The notes beneath the pieces are model-generated. The model was given only the letters and a program-made list of their open reading frames with translations. It was not told the DNA's origin and did no database searches. Of a stretch of DNA of 64,000 nucleotides, positions 46,787 through 57,500 are shown one piece after another (positions within the stretch are counted from its first letter, which is position 1; the number at the start of each line of letters is the position of its first letter). The position numbers and the translations under genes are program-made. This DNA comes from Candidatus Magasanikiibacteriota bacterium. GTDB lineage: Bacteria > Patescibacteriota > Patescibacteriia > Magasanikbacterales > UBA922. The DNA is taken from positions 1,688 through 65,687 of the forward strand of contig JABIEQ010000010.1 in assembly GCA_018651085.1 (NCBI GenBank), written 5' to 3'.

Positions 46787-48661
46787 ATGTTTTCATTTTT
46801 TTCTTACCGATATTCACTATTTATTTTTTTCATTAGTCTGTTTGGGCTTCTTTTTTTCGGTTTTGTAGGCACCAGTTTTGCTGAAGATCCTGATCATACT
46901 ATTCGTGATACGTCATATGCTGTGCGGTATGTTGATCAGAGTGCTTTAGATCCTGTGACAATTCATGCTGGGGAAACAAAAACTATTAATTTTCGATTTA
47001 AAAATGTAGGATCTTCAACATTAGTTGCTTCTGGTGCTCGATATATTTCTGCTCACACTATTCAACCGAGGTATCATGCATCTTTATGGAAAGGGGCTAA
47101 TTGGGTTGATCAAACTGAAACAGCTTCAATTACTTCTAACGTTTTGCCTGGAGGGATTGCTACACTTCCACTTAGTATTCATGTGCCCGTTGATACTATT
47201 TCGGGGGATTATACCGAAGAATTTTATTTAGCAGCTCAGAGCTATTCTTGGGTAAAGGGAGGATATTTTTATATTAAAATTCGTGTTGTGCCTGCTGTTG
47301 TTGAAGAAATTATTCCTGAAACTCCGATTGAATCTGAAAAAGAAGACATTGTTTCTTCTTTGCGTGTAAAAAAATTTATTGTTAGTCGTAAAGAGGTGAC
47401 TGCTAAAGGTGGTGAACTCGTTAAAGTTGTTGTTGCATACAAGAATATTGGAGAGACAGCCTGGGATAATTTTTCATTAGTGGCAAATCGGCCAGTATCT
47501 GTTGCGAGTAGTGATGTTAAAGATCTTTCTTTTGCTGACGAGAGTTGGAAAAGTCATACTGTTGTATTTTCTCATACGGATAATGTTGAAATGGATGGGG
47601 TTCTTCGTAAAACAATTACATTTCGTGTTCCAGAGCATAAAGGAAATTATGTTTTAAGTTTTCAACCACAGGTTGACGAGGAACTTATTGTTGGTGCTTC
47701 TGCTGAAGTGCAGATTCATGTAACTGAGAATGCAAAATTGTATACTCCTATTTTATTTAGTAATACGAGTGATATCATTATTGATCAACCTCGATTATCA
47801 GAAGAAGCTCGTGTACGTGTTGGTATTTATCATAAAGATACTACCCTTGAATTTGTTGCTAATGACGATGAGTATAGAATATCAAATGAAACAAAGATTT
47901 TTGGGGTGCTTCCAAAAGGTGAAAAAGCGAGTATTACTTTTAGTAATGGAACATATACACTGACCATTCAAGACGACGTATATAAAACAAGTCGTTATTT
48001 TCGTTTTGTTCCAATAAATAATCCTCATAGTATTTCATCTTTTACAACATTGAGTAGGCCACTTCGAAATCAACCAAGAAATTATAATACGTATAGAGGA
48101 GCCATTGAATTTCGTCAAGGAGAAAATGATGGAAAAATGTATATTGTGAATGATGTATTGATGGAAGATTATTTATCGGGTATTGCTGAAACGTCTGATT
48201 TTGCCCCAATTGAATATATAAAGTCTCTTTTAACTGCTGCGAGAACATATGCTTATCTTTCTAAAGATAAATACCCCTTCTTTGATGTTTTAGGAAGTAC
48301 ACATGATCAATTGTATTTAGGGTATGAGAGTGAAAAGATTCGTCCTCACGTTGTTGAAGCGTCTAAAGCAACACGAGGGTATATTGTGACATATGATGAT
48401 AATCCTGCTATTACGCCATACCATGGAAATACGGACGGTATGACTAAAAATGCAAGAGATGTTTGGGGATGGCGACATACCCCTTGGTTGGTTCCAGTTG
48501 AAGCAACTTATGATAGGCGAGATGGAAAACGACTGTTTGGTCATGGCATTGGAATGAGCCAACGAGATGCGGCTATCCGTGCTGACGAGGGTGGTGCTAG
48601 TTGGACAGATCTTTTAACTTACTATTATACTGGGGTCGAAGTGGAGCGATTTTATTTCTAG
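46787..48661 (+). CDS. SpoIID/LytB-domain protein with N-terminal Ig-like (NBR1-type) domains
   Basis: YRGAIE, VNDVLMEDYLSGIAE, AARTYA, DQLYLGY, GHGIGMSQ, LLTYYYTG. Confidence 0.85.
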   Translation: MFSFFSYRYSLFIFFISLFGLLFFGFVGTSFAEDPDHTIRDTSYAVRYVDQSALDPVTIHAGETKTINFRFKNVGSSTLVASGARYISAHTIQPRYHASLWKGANWVDQTETASITSNVLPGGIATLPLSIHVPVDTISGDYTEEFYLAAQSYSWVKGGYFYIKIRVVPAVVEEIIPETPIESEKEDIVSSLRVKKFIVSRKEVTAKGGELVKVVVAYKNIGETAWDNFSLVANRPVSVASSDVKDLSFADESWKSHTVVFSHTDNVEMDGVLRKTITFRVPEHKGNYVLSFQPQVDEELIVGASAEVQIHVTENAKLYTPILFSNTSDIIIDQPRLSEEARVRVGIYHKDTTLEFVANDDEYRISNETKIFGVLPKGEKASITFSNGTYTLTIQDDVYKTSRYFRFVPINNPHSISSFTTLSRPLRNQPRNYNTYRGAIEFRQGENDGKMYIVNDVLMEDYLSGIAETSDFAPIEYIKSLLTAARTYAYLSKDKYPFFDVLGSTHDQLYLGYESEKIRPHVVEASKATRGYIVTYDDNPAITPYHGNTDGMTKNARDVWGWRHTPWLVPVEATYDRRDGKRLFGHGIGMSQRDAAIRADEGGASWTDLLTYYYTGVEVERFYF

Positions 48662-48670
48662 ACTTATTGT

Positions 48671-49225
48671 ATGATGGTGCCTAAGCAAGCGAAGAAGGTG
48701 TTCTCTGGAAAGATTTTTGATATTTATCAATGGGAGCAAGAACAGTTTGATGGAACGTTTGCTACATTTGAAATGCTAAAGCGTCCTAATACGCTTCAGG
48801 TTATCCCTGTTATGGGGGATACAATTTTATTGTCTGATGAAGAACAACCTTTAAAAGATCCGTTTATTAGTTTTTTTGGGGGACGACAAGAACCGAATGA
48901 AACTCCTCTTGAAGGGATTAAACGAGAATTTTTAGAAGAGACGGGTATGGTGGCTGACGAGTGGGAGTTATATAAAACGTATATGCCTATTTCAAAGATG
49001 GAATGGGAAGTATATATTTATATCGCTCGAGGATGTCGGAAGGTACAAGACACCGCACTTGAGTCTGGAGAACGGATTACTATTAAGCCTGTGTCGTTTG
49101 AAGAATTTGTATCTTTTGTAAGTTCAGGTGACTTTTGGGGAAAAGAACTTATGATTGATGTTATGCAGATGCAACAACATTCGGGTGACATTGAAAAGTT
49201 TCGTAATACTATATTTGGTACGTAG
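48671..49225 (+). CDS. NUDIX hydrolase (ADP-ribose pyrophosphatase-like)
   Basis: VFSGKIF; GGRQEPNETPLEGIKREFLEETG; LESGERI. Confidence 0.88.
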   Translation: MMVPKQAKKVFSGKIFDIYQWEQEQFDGTFATFEMLKRPNTLQVIPVMGDTILLSDEEQPLKDPFISFFGGRQEPNETPLEGIKREFLEETGMVADEWELYKTYMPISKMEWEVYIYIARGCRKVQDTALESGERITIKPVSFEEFVSFVSSGDFWGKELMIDVMQMQQHSGDIEKFRNTIFGT

Positions 49226-49227
49226 GT

Positions 49228-49743
49228 ATGGCTATTTTTTTTGGAATTATTTTATTTTTTCTTATTACAATTGCTATTGGTGCTGTTACCTTTGCACCGT
49301 GGGTGCCTGCGTATAAGGAAGATATTTCTCGCATATCAGATCTTGCTAAATTAAAAGATGGAGATGTTTTTTATGATTTAGGGTGTGGAAATGGACGTGT
49401 TGTTTTTGCCGTGGCAAAGAATTGTGATGTACAAGCAATTGGTATTGAAATAGCCTTTCCTTTATATTTGTTTTGTGTTTTTCGTCGGTGGTTTTTTCCA
49501 TATAAACATCGAGTTAAGTATAGATGGCGTAATCTTTTTTTTATAGATGTATCTTCTGCTGATGTTGTATACGTGTATGGATTACCTGAAACACTCTCAG
49601 GTAAAGTTGCTAAGAAGTTAAGACAAGAACTTAGGCCTGGTACATGCGTATTATCTTATGCATTTCCTATTGCTGTTTGGAAACCTATTCATGTTGATAA
49701 ACCTCAAAAAGAGAATACTGCTATTTATGTATATGAGATATAA
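49228..49743 (+). CDS. Membrane-anchored class I SAM methyltransferase
   Basis: APWVP, FYDLGCGNGRV, GIEI, ADVVYVY, ELRPG..VLSYAF. Confidence 0.85.
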   Translation: MAIFFGIILFFLITIAIGAVTFAPWVPAYKEDISRISDLAKLKDGDVFYDLGCGNGRVVFAVAKNCDVQAIGIEIAFPLYLFCVFRRWFFPYKHRVKYRWRNLFFIDVSSADVVYVYGLPETLSGKVAKKLRQELRPGTCVLSYAFPIAVWKPIHVDKPQKENTAIYVYEI

Positions 49744-49772
49744 AAAAGAGGCCATATGTATGGCCTCTTTTT

Positions 49773-50837
49773 TTATTTTGTTATGATTTCTTTTTTACCA
49801 GGTTCTTTTTGTTCTTCTTCAGGTGCCGCACCTCTTTCTATTGCTTCCCATACTTTTGCTTTGATTACTTTCATCATTTTTGGATTGTCTTTTAAAAATT
49901 GTTTTGCTTTTTCTCGCCCAACACCTAGTCGTTCTTCTTTAAAAGAATAAGTGTTTCCGTTTTTGTGTACAATTTTGTGTTCAATCCCTGTATCAATGAG
50001 ATCTCCTGCAACGGAAATTCCTTCATTATACATAATATCAAATTGAGTGGTTCTAAATGGTGCTGCCACTTTATTCTTTACTACTTTTATTTTTACACGA
50101 TTTCCGATTACTTTGTCTCCTTGTTTAATTTGTGCTGCTCGTCGTATTTCAATACGAACAGAAGAATAGAATTTCAAAGCTTTTCCTCCAGACGTTGTCT
50201 CGGGGTTACCAAAAAATACACCGATTTTTTGTCTTGTTTGATTAATGAAAATAACAATTGTTTTACTTTTACTTACTACCCCTGTAAGTTTTCTCAGTGC
50301 TTGGCTCATGAGTCTTGCCTGAAGACCCATGTGTGCGTCTCCCATATTTCCTTCTATTTCTGCCTTTGGTACAAGTGCTGCCACTGAATCAATTACGACA
50401 ACATCAACGGCATTTGATCGTACAAGTGTTTCAAGAATTTCTAATGCTTGTTCTCCTGTGTCTGGTTGAGAAATAAGGAGATTATCTACATCTACTCCTA
50501 TTTTTCTTGCATAGTCTGGATCAAGTGCGTGTTCAGCATCAATAAAAGCTGCGATTCCTCCTTTTTTTTGTACTTCAGCAATAATGTGTTGCGCGAGTGT
50601 TGTTTTTCCGCTTGATTCTGGCCCAAAAATTTCGATTACACGGCCGCGAGGTACTCCTTTTACCCCAAGAGCGATATCAAGAGAAATAGATCCTGTAGGG
50701 ACCGTTTCAACCTCCATAGAACGTGCCTCACCAAACTTCATGATGGCTCCTTCTCCATATCGTTGTTTAATTTGTTCAATTGCAGACTGAGCGGCCTTTA
50801 GTTTCCCTGAATTGTCTTCGTTTGATTTTTTACTCAT
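49773..50837 (-). CDS. recA: Recombinase RecA
   Basis: [52 protein letters not shown]. Confidence 0.98.
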   Translation of the reverse strand: MSKKSNEDNSGKLKAAQSAIEQIKQRYGEGAIMKFGEARSMEVETVPTGSISLDIALGVKGVPRGRVIEIFGPESSGKTTLAQHIIAEVQKKGGIAAFIDAEHALDPDYARKIGVDVDNLLISQPDTGEQALEILETLVRSNAVDVVVIDSVAALVPKAEIEGNMGDAHMGLQARLMSQALRKLTGVVSKSKTIVIFINQTRQKIGVFFGNPETTSGGKALKFYSSVRIEIRRAAQIKQGDKVIGNRVKIKVVKNKVAAPFRTTQFDIMYNEGISVAGDLIDTGIEHKIVHKNGNTYSFKEERLGVGREKAKQFLKDNPKMMKVIKAKVWEAIERGAAPEEEQKEPGKKEIITK

Positions 50838-50992
50838 ATATAGATTAGTTATAATACCTTATATTATACGGTAAGAGGTATGAATACGTAACAAAATAAA
50901 AAAAGAAGATACACTTCTTTTGGGAGGATACTGCATTTTTTATAGACCCGTCAAATAAAATCTTGTTTTTATGAGTGTATTCCTATTTTTGT

Positions 50993-51679
50993 TTAATTTG
51001 GACTGTTTGGGCGTTCTCTAAAAATAACATATCGTGCTTCTTGCGTTTGTTTTCCGTGTTTATTTTTTGCAGTCACAATAAGTGTGTTTACTCCAGGTGT
51101 AAGAGTAAGCTCTTCTTCAAATTGTCCCGTTTTATTATGTTTAATATTTGTTCCATTAATGGCTACTTCTATATTTTTTTCTGTTTGTCCGTTTATAATT
51201 ACGGTATTTTGACTGGTAATAAGTCCGTCTTGTGGAGTATTTATTGTAAGTAATGGTGGTGTCAAAATATTGTGGACTTGAAGTCCTACGTAAAGCACAA
51301 AAATAAAAATTACTCCAAGTATTGTGCTGTAGCGAAGTAGTGTTGGTAATTGATGAAGATGATTAGTTCGTACTTCTTTTACTCCTTGTGGTTCAAGCGT
51401 ATGCTTTGGTTTTTGTTCTTCTTCTTCAAATTGAGCCACGTATGGTGTTGGATCAGCACCAATTGCTTCTATGTATGATTTTATAAAGTTTCGTTGGTAT
51501 ATTTTTGCGTAGGGAATATCATCAAAACGACATTCTTCTAATGCGAGAAGATGGCGTTTACTTATTTTTGTTCTTCTTGCTATAGTCTCAAGAGATAAAT
51601 GCTCTTTTTGTCGCATTTCCTTTAATCGCAAACAAACCCGTTTTGTTTTGTGTAATTGTTTTTTTTGAAATTCCGACAT
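50993..51679 (-). CDS. RodZ-like HTH membrane protein with C-terminal Ig-like domain
   Basis: LKEMRQKEHLSLETIARRTKISKRHLLALEE..F...Y.RNFIKSY; one TM; LTPGVNTLIVTA; follows ftsK. Confidence 0.8.
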   Translation of the reverse strand: MSEFQKKQLHKTKRVCLRLKEMRQKEHLSLETIARRTKISKRHLLALEECRFDDIPYAKIYQRNFIKSYIEAIGADPTPYVAQFEEEEQKPKHTLEPQGVKEVRTNHLHQLPTLLRYSTILGVIFIFVLYVGLQVHNILTPPLLTINTPQDGLITSQNTVIINGQTEKNIEVAINGTNIKHNKTGQFEEELTLTPGVNTLIVTAKNKHGKQTQEARYVIFRERPNSPN

Positions 51680-51698
51680 ACCCCCTTTTTAGTAGCAC

Positions 51699-53906
51699 TT
51701 ATTCTTCGTCGTACGCATCTTCTTCTAGTACGATTGCTGGTGTATTTATTGTAACAGACTCTTCTAAACCTGTCACAAGAATGTCTCGAGGTTTTGCACC
51801 ATTCGCTTCGCTAATAATGCCAGCCTCTTCCAGTTCATCCATAATACGGGCTGCTCTTGCGTACCCTACTCTAAGGCGTCTTTGTAGAAATGAGGCACTG
51901 GCTTTTCCAGCTTCTATAACAACTTTTTTTGCATCATGAAAGAGACTGTCTTGGTCAGTATTGGTATTTCCAAATTTCCCTGTATTTTTTCCTTCTTCTC
52001 CAAAGAGTGTTTCGTCATACTCAACAGGGCCACTTCCTTTAAGGTACTTAACAACACGTTTTACTTCTTCTTCTGTTACAAATGCCCCTTGAATACGGAC
52101 GGGTTTTGATAACTCTGCTGTGAGATGAAGCATGTCTCCTCTTCCAAGTAGTTTTTCTGCACCAGAACAATCAAGAATTGTTCTTGAATCTATCAGTGAT
52201 GCAACAGAAAAAGCAATACGGGCAGGAATATTTGCTTTCATGAGTCCGGTAATAACATCAACACTTGGCCGTTGCGTTGCAACGATAAGATGAATTCCTA
52301 CAGCTCTTGCTAGTTGTGCAATACGAATAATGCCTGCTTCTACATCGTTTGCTGCTGTTGCCATGAGGTCAGCTAACTCATCAATAAAGAAAACAATGTG
52401 TGGGAGTTTTGTATCTGGGTTTTTTGTGTTGTATGAAGTAATGTCTCTACACTTTGCTTTTGCAAGGACATCAAACCGTCGTTCCATTTCACCTATTGTC
52501 CATTTTAAGGCATTGATTGTTTTATTGGTATTTGTAATAACAGGTGCAATAAGATGTGGAATGCCGTTATATACACTTAGTTCTACTCGTTTTGGATCAA
52601 CCATGATCATACGAAGCGTTTCTGCTGTGTTTTGGTAGAGCAAACTAATGATGATGCTATGCATGCACACTGTTTTTCCTGATCCTGTTGCTCCTGCAAT
52701 AAGAAGATGTGGCATGCGTGGTAAATCTCCAAACCATGAGGTTCCTGAGACATCTTTTCCAAGACCAACCATAAGATTGTGTGATCTTTTTTCATGATTT
52801 TCACTTTGTAATAATTCTCGAAGTGATACGAGTGCATTTTTTTCATTTGGCACTTCAATTCCTACTAAAGATTTTCCTGGAATTGGAGCTTCTATTCTAA
52901 TTGGATGTGCTGCAAGAGCTAATGCAAGATCATTTGTAAGTGCTGTAATCTTTGATATTTTCACTCCTTTTGCTGGTTTAATTGCGTATTGTGTCACTGT
53001 TGGTCCAACGCGAACATCTTCAACAACAATATCAATGCGGAATTCTTTAAAAGTATCTTTAATAATTTTTGCATTTACTTTTATGTCTCCACTTGTTGGT
53101 TTCCCTTTTTTATTTGATAGTAATGTGAGTTTTGGAATTTCTTTTATAACAGGTTTTTTTGTCCAAGGGTCTTGTGCTGTATTGTCTTTGTTTTGTCTTA
53201 CTTGTACAGGAGTTGGTTGTGTTTGCTCTTCTTCGTGATCCTCTTCGTCTTCGTCATATTTATCATCCTCTTCTTCCCCAATATTACGAGAAGAAAATCG
53301 TTCTTCGTCATCTTCATCCTCGTATTCTTCTTCGTCTTCATTTTTTACAAATAATACGTTTGTGCCTTTTGTTATACCTTTTCCTACAATGCCAAGTTTT
53401 TCGAAAAGTTTTTTGTGAAATAAAATGAAATGGGTAACGCTGGTATTAAAAATCAAAAAGATAGATACAAGAAGTAGACCAATAAGGATAACAAAACTTC
53501 CTATTGTTCCTACATATGTTTTTAAAGGCCATGCGAGCATACCACTAAATCCACCACCATTACCGTTTAATGCTTGTTTCCACATGTCATCAACTGGAAA
53601 AGAAAGATGAAAGAAGCTCGCAACAGAAAAGAAAAATAGAATGGCTCCTAATATATGTGTTGATCGATAATCGTATTCGTTATCTTTTATCTGGAACCAG
53701 GCAAGGATTAAAATAATAGGAGGAACCGTATAGCGGATGTGTCCAAATAGTGAGCTTAATATCCACTCATTGATGATTTGTCCGAGTGTTCCTGCGGCAT
53801 TAAAGAAACTTAATGTAATGATAATTGCTGTAATGACAAGAATCACGGCTATGATGCCGCGAGAAAGGGGAGGGTCAATGTATTCTTCTTGTTTTTTTCG
53901 TCCCAT
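51699..53906 (-). CDS. ftsK: DNA translocase FtsK/SpoIIIE
   Basis: 4 TM, acidic linker, RIEAPIPGK, PHLLIAGATGSGKT, DPKRVEL, ATQRPSVDV, gamma domain LQRRLRVGYARAAR. Confidence 0.96.
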   Translation of the reverse strand: MGRKKQEEYIDPPLSRGIIAVILVITAIIITLSFFNAAGTLGQIINEWILSSLFGHIRYTVPPIILILAWFQIKDNEYDYRSTHILGAILFFFSVASFFHLSFPVDDMWKQALNGNGGGFSGMLAWPLKTYVGTIGSFVILIGLLLVSIFLIFNTSVTHFILFHKKLFEKLGIVGKGITKGTNVLFVKNEDEEEYEDEDDEERFSSRNIGEEEDDKYDEDEEDHEEEQTQPTPVQVRQNKDNTAQDPWTKKPVIKEIPKLTLLSNKKGKPTSGDIKVNAKIIKDTFKEFRIDIVVEDVRVGPTVTQYAIKPAKGVKISKITALTNDLALALAAHPIRIEAPIPGKSLVGIEVPNEKNALVSLRELLQSENHEKRSHNLMVGLGKDVSGTSWFGDLPRMPHLLIAGATGSGKTVCMHSIIISLLYQNTAETLRMIMVDPKRVELSVYNGIPHLIAPVITNTNKTINALKWTIGEMERRFDVLAKAKCRDITSYNTKNPDTKLPHIVFFIDELADLMATAANDVEAGIIRIAQLARAVGIHLIVATQRPSVDVITGLMKANIPARIAFSVASLIDSRTILDCSGAEKLLGRGDMLHLTAELSKPVRIQGAFVTEEEVKRVVKYLKGSGPVEYDETLFGEEGKNTGKFGNTNTDQDSLFHDAKKVVIEAGKASASFLQRRLRVGYARAARIMDELEEAGIISEANGAKPRDILVTGLEESVTINTPAIVLEEDAYDEE

Positions 53907-54109
53907 AGATATAATAGGCATATTTTACCATATATATAGGTATAAAGGGAATTCGGGATGGGTTCCCTCTATATATAGGTGTATATATCTCTTTATAAGT
54001 GGACATTTTGTGGATAATTTTATAAATCGTCAGGCATAAATGCCATTTTTTGCTTAATGTAGCTTAAATTGACATTTTTTCTTGACAAAGTTCTATCCAC
54101 CTGATCTAT

Positions 54110-54138
54110 TTGACATTTTTTTCGTTTTCCCCTATAAT
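54110..54138 (+). promoter_or_regulatory. Consensus sigma70 promoter for rpoBC
   Basis: TTGACA-N17-TATAAT. Confidence 0.8.
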
Positions 54139-54503
54139 AAGCCCATTCAAAAGTAGTCCCTCTTTTCGTTACTTCTATTAAAGATAGTGAGAAGAGTAAC
54201 TATTTGCACCGTTTATTTTATTGTGCGCCTTTTTCTTCTGTTCCGGCTACGTGTCTGTAATGGCAACTGCTTTACTATATATAGTGTATAGTGTCGTAGT
54301 GAGTGACTCCTTGGTGCGCGTTTGGCATTATATTCCATGCGCCTTTTATTGAGTCAGTACAACTAGTTTCTCATACAAACGGCTATTAAGCTGGATTTTT
54401 TGCTGTCTGTAGTTCTTTTTAACAAGAGATGCACGAGATGATGTCTTTACATAGATACGTCGTTTCTTTTTTCTTTTGTTCTTAATTCCTTGTGTTTTAC
54501 CCT

Positions 54504-57500
54504 ATGTCACGATATACCCGTCAACCGTTGACCACTAAGGAGCGTAAGTTTTTTACTGACATTCGTGGGGATGTTGCAGATCCTGATTTGATTGAGTTAC
54601 AAAAAACCTCATATCGTTGGTTTTTTGAACGTGGTATACGAGAACTCTTTGATGAGATTTCTCCTATCACTGATTTTACTGGTCGTGATCTAGAATTATA
54701 TTTTGATGATTACTTTATTGATGAAGCAAAATTTGATGAAGTGGCTTGTCGAGAAAAGAATATTTCGTATGAGGCAGCACTTCGTGCAAAAGTACGATTA
54801 GTAAATAAACGTACAAACGAAGAAACTACACAAGAAATTTATCTCGGAGACATTCCACTTATGACGGAACGTGGAACGTTTATTGTTAATGGAATTGAAC
54901 GAGTTGTGGTTTCTCAGCTTATTCGTAGTGCTGGTGCATTTTTTACTGCATCAATGACACGAGGACGACGATATTATGGTGCAAAAATTATTCCAAATAG
55001 AGGAGCGTGGATTGAAATTGAAACTGATGCAAATAATGTCCTTTGGGTGAAGGTTGATCGAAAACGAAAAGTTGCGGCAACATCACTTCTTCGTGCATTT
55101 GGATTTGGAGAAAATGAAGAGATTATAAAACTATTTGGTGATGTTAATACTCATTCAAATATTGACTATATTGAAAATACGATTAAAAAGGATGTTGCGA
55201 CAAGTGAAGATGAAGGATTTATTGAAGTATATAAACGTATCCGACCAGGTGATCTTGCAACGGCTGATAATGCGAAAGGATTAATCCATTCAATGTTTTT
55301 CAATTTTGATCGGTATGATCTTGATCGTGTTGGAGTATATAAGTTTAGTACGAAATTTAATCTTAATCTTTCTGAAGAAGAATTTGAAAAAAAGGAACAA
55401 CGGGTGTTGTCTCCAGAAAAGTTATTGCTTGTACTAAAAGAAGTTGTTCGATTGAATGTATCACAAGAACCACCTGATGATATTGATCATCTTGGAAATC
55501 GACGTGTGCGTGCTGTTGGAGAGCTTGTACAGAATCGATTCCGTATTGGTTTAGCGCGAATGGAACGAATTGTAAAAGATAGAATGAGTACATATGAGCT
55601 TGAGGGCATTAGCCCAAACAAGCTTATTAATGCACGACCAGTGATTGGATCAATTCGAGAATTTTTCATGAGTTCACAGCTTTCTCAGTTCATGGACCAA
55701 GTAAACCCATTAGCTGAACTTGAGCATAAGCGTCGTATTAGTGCGTTAGGGCCAGGTGGACTTTCACGTGATAGAGCTGGGTTTGAAGTTCGTGATGTAC
55801 ATACGACTCATTACGGTCGTATTTGTCCGATTGCAACGCCAGAAGGACCAAATATTGGTCTTGTTGGTCATCTTGCAAGTTACGCTCGTATTAATCATTT
55901 TGGATTTTTAGAAACACCGTATAGACGTGTTATTCATGATGTACCAAATGAAGCACGGTTTACTGAAGGTGAAGTTGCAAGAGAAGATATTAAAGGTGTT
56001 GTAAAAGCAGGTGAAGAAATTACGGCTGCTATTGCAAAAAAACTTGCAACAAAAAAAGATGTTACTACCGTTGCTGTAAAAGCTCGGGTAACAAATGAGA
56101 TTGTATACATAAACTCTTTTCAAGAAGAAAAAGTAATTACAGCAAGTGCAAAAACACCGGTTGATGAAAAAGGGTTTTTAAAAGAAGGGCGAGTACCTGC
56201 GCGATTGTTTGGAAAACCAGGTGCTGTTGATGTTGATAAGATTGATTACCTTGATGTTGTTACGAATCAAATTTTAAGTATTGCAACGAGTCTTATTCCA
56301 TTTTTGGAGCATGATGATGCGACGCGTGCATTGATGGGAACGAACATGCAACGCCAAGCTGTACCTTGTATTAAACCAGATTCACCGATTGTTGGAACTG
56401 GTGTTGAAAAGATTGCTGCAGAAAACAGTGGGCATGTGATTTTAGCACAAGCTGATGGAGAAATTACTGCTGTTGATGCGACGATGATTGAGCTTACACC
56501 GAAAAAAGGACAGCCAATTGTACATTCACTCAATAAGTTTGTTCGGTCAAATGCTTCAAGTAGCATTAACCAACGTCCAATGGTGAATTTGGGAGATAAA
56601 GTGAAAAAAGGACAACCACTTTGTGATGGACCGGCAACAGAACAAGGTGAACTTGCTTTGGGGCAAAATGTGTTAGTTGCATACATGATTTGGAATGGAT
56701 TTAACTATGAAGATGCGATTATTGTCTCTGAACGACTTGTTCAATCTGATAAGTTTACTTCAGTGCATATTGAAAACTATGCAAACGATGTTCGTGATAC
56801 AAAACTTGGACCGGAAGTTGTGACGAGTGATATTCCAAACGTTAGTGAAGAAAAATTAAAAAATCTTGATTCAGAAGGAGTTGTTCGTATTGGAGCTGAA
56901 GTACAATCAGGAGATATCTTGGTTGGAAAAATTACTCCTAAAGGAGAAACTGAATTGAGTGCTGAAGAACGACTCTTGCGAGCTATCTTTGGAGAAAAAG
57001 CACGAGATGTTCGTGATTCATCACTATACTTAGAACATGGTGAACATGGGAAAGTAACTGATGTTCGTGTATTTTCTGCTGAAGAAGGTGACCGATTGCA
57101 ACCGGGTGTTGTGAAAAAAGTACAAGTGACTGTTGCTGACATGAGAAAACTTCAAGTGGGAGATAAAATGGCTGGTCGGCATGGAAATAAAGGAGTTATT
57201 TCTCGGATTGTGCCAGCAGAAGATATGCCATTTTTAGAAGATGGAACACCTGTTGATATTATTTTGACGCCGGTTGGTGTTATTTCTCGTATGAACCTTG
57301 GGCAGCTTTTGGAAACCCATTTGGGTCTTGCCGCAAATGCCCTTGGGTATAAAGCAGCGTCTCCAATTCTTAACGGAATTACTGAAGAACAAATTCATGG
57401 TGAACTTGAAAAAGCAGGATATCCGGTTGATGGGCAACTTCAACTGTACGATGGAAAAACTGGAGAAGCGTTTGATCATAGAACAACGGTTGGATACAAC

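Noticed and set aside
50838-50992. LexA/SOS box upstream of recA
   Set aside because: No recognisable CTGT-N8-ACAG or GAAC-N4-GTTC palindrome.
53230-53345. TCTTCGTC-type repeats inside ftsK
   Set aside because: They simply encode the acidic D/E linker typical of FtsK.
53930-53980. Imperfect inverted repeat upstream of ftsK (AAAGGGAATTC/GGGTTCCCTCT)
   Set aside because: Single short hairpin with low-complexity TA flanks; no support for a specific function.
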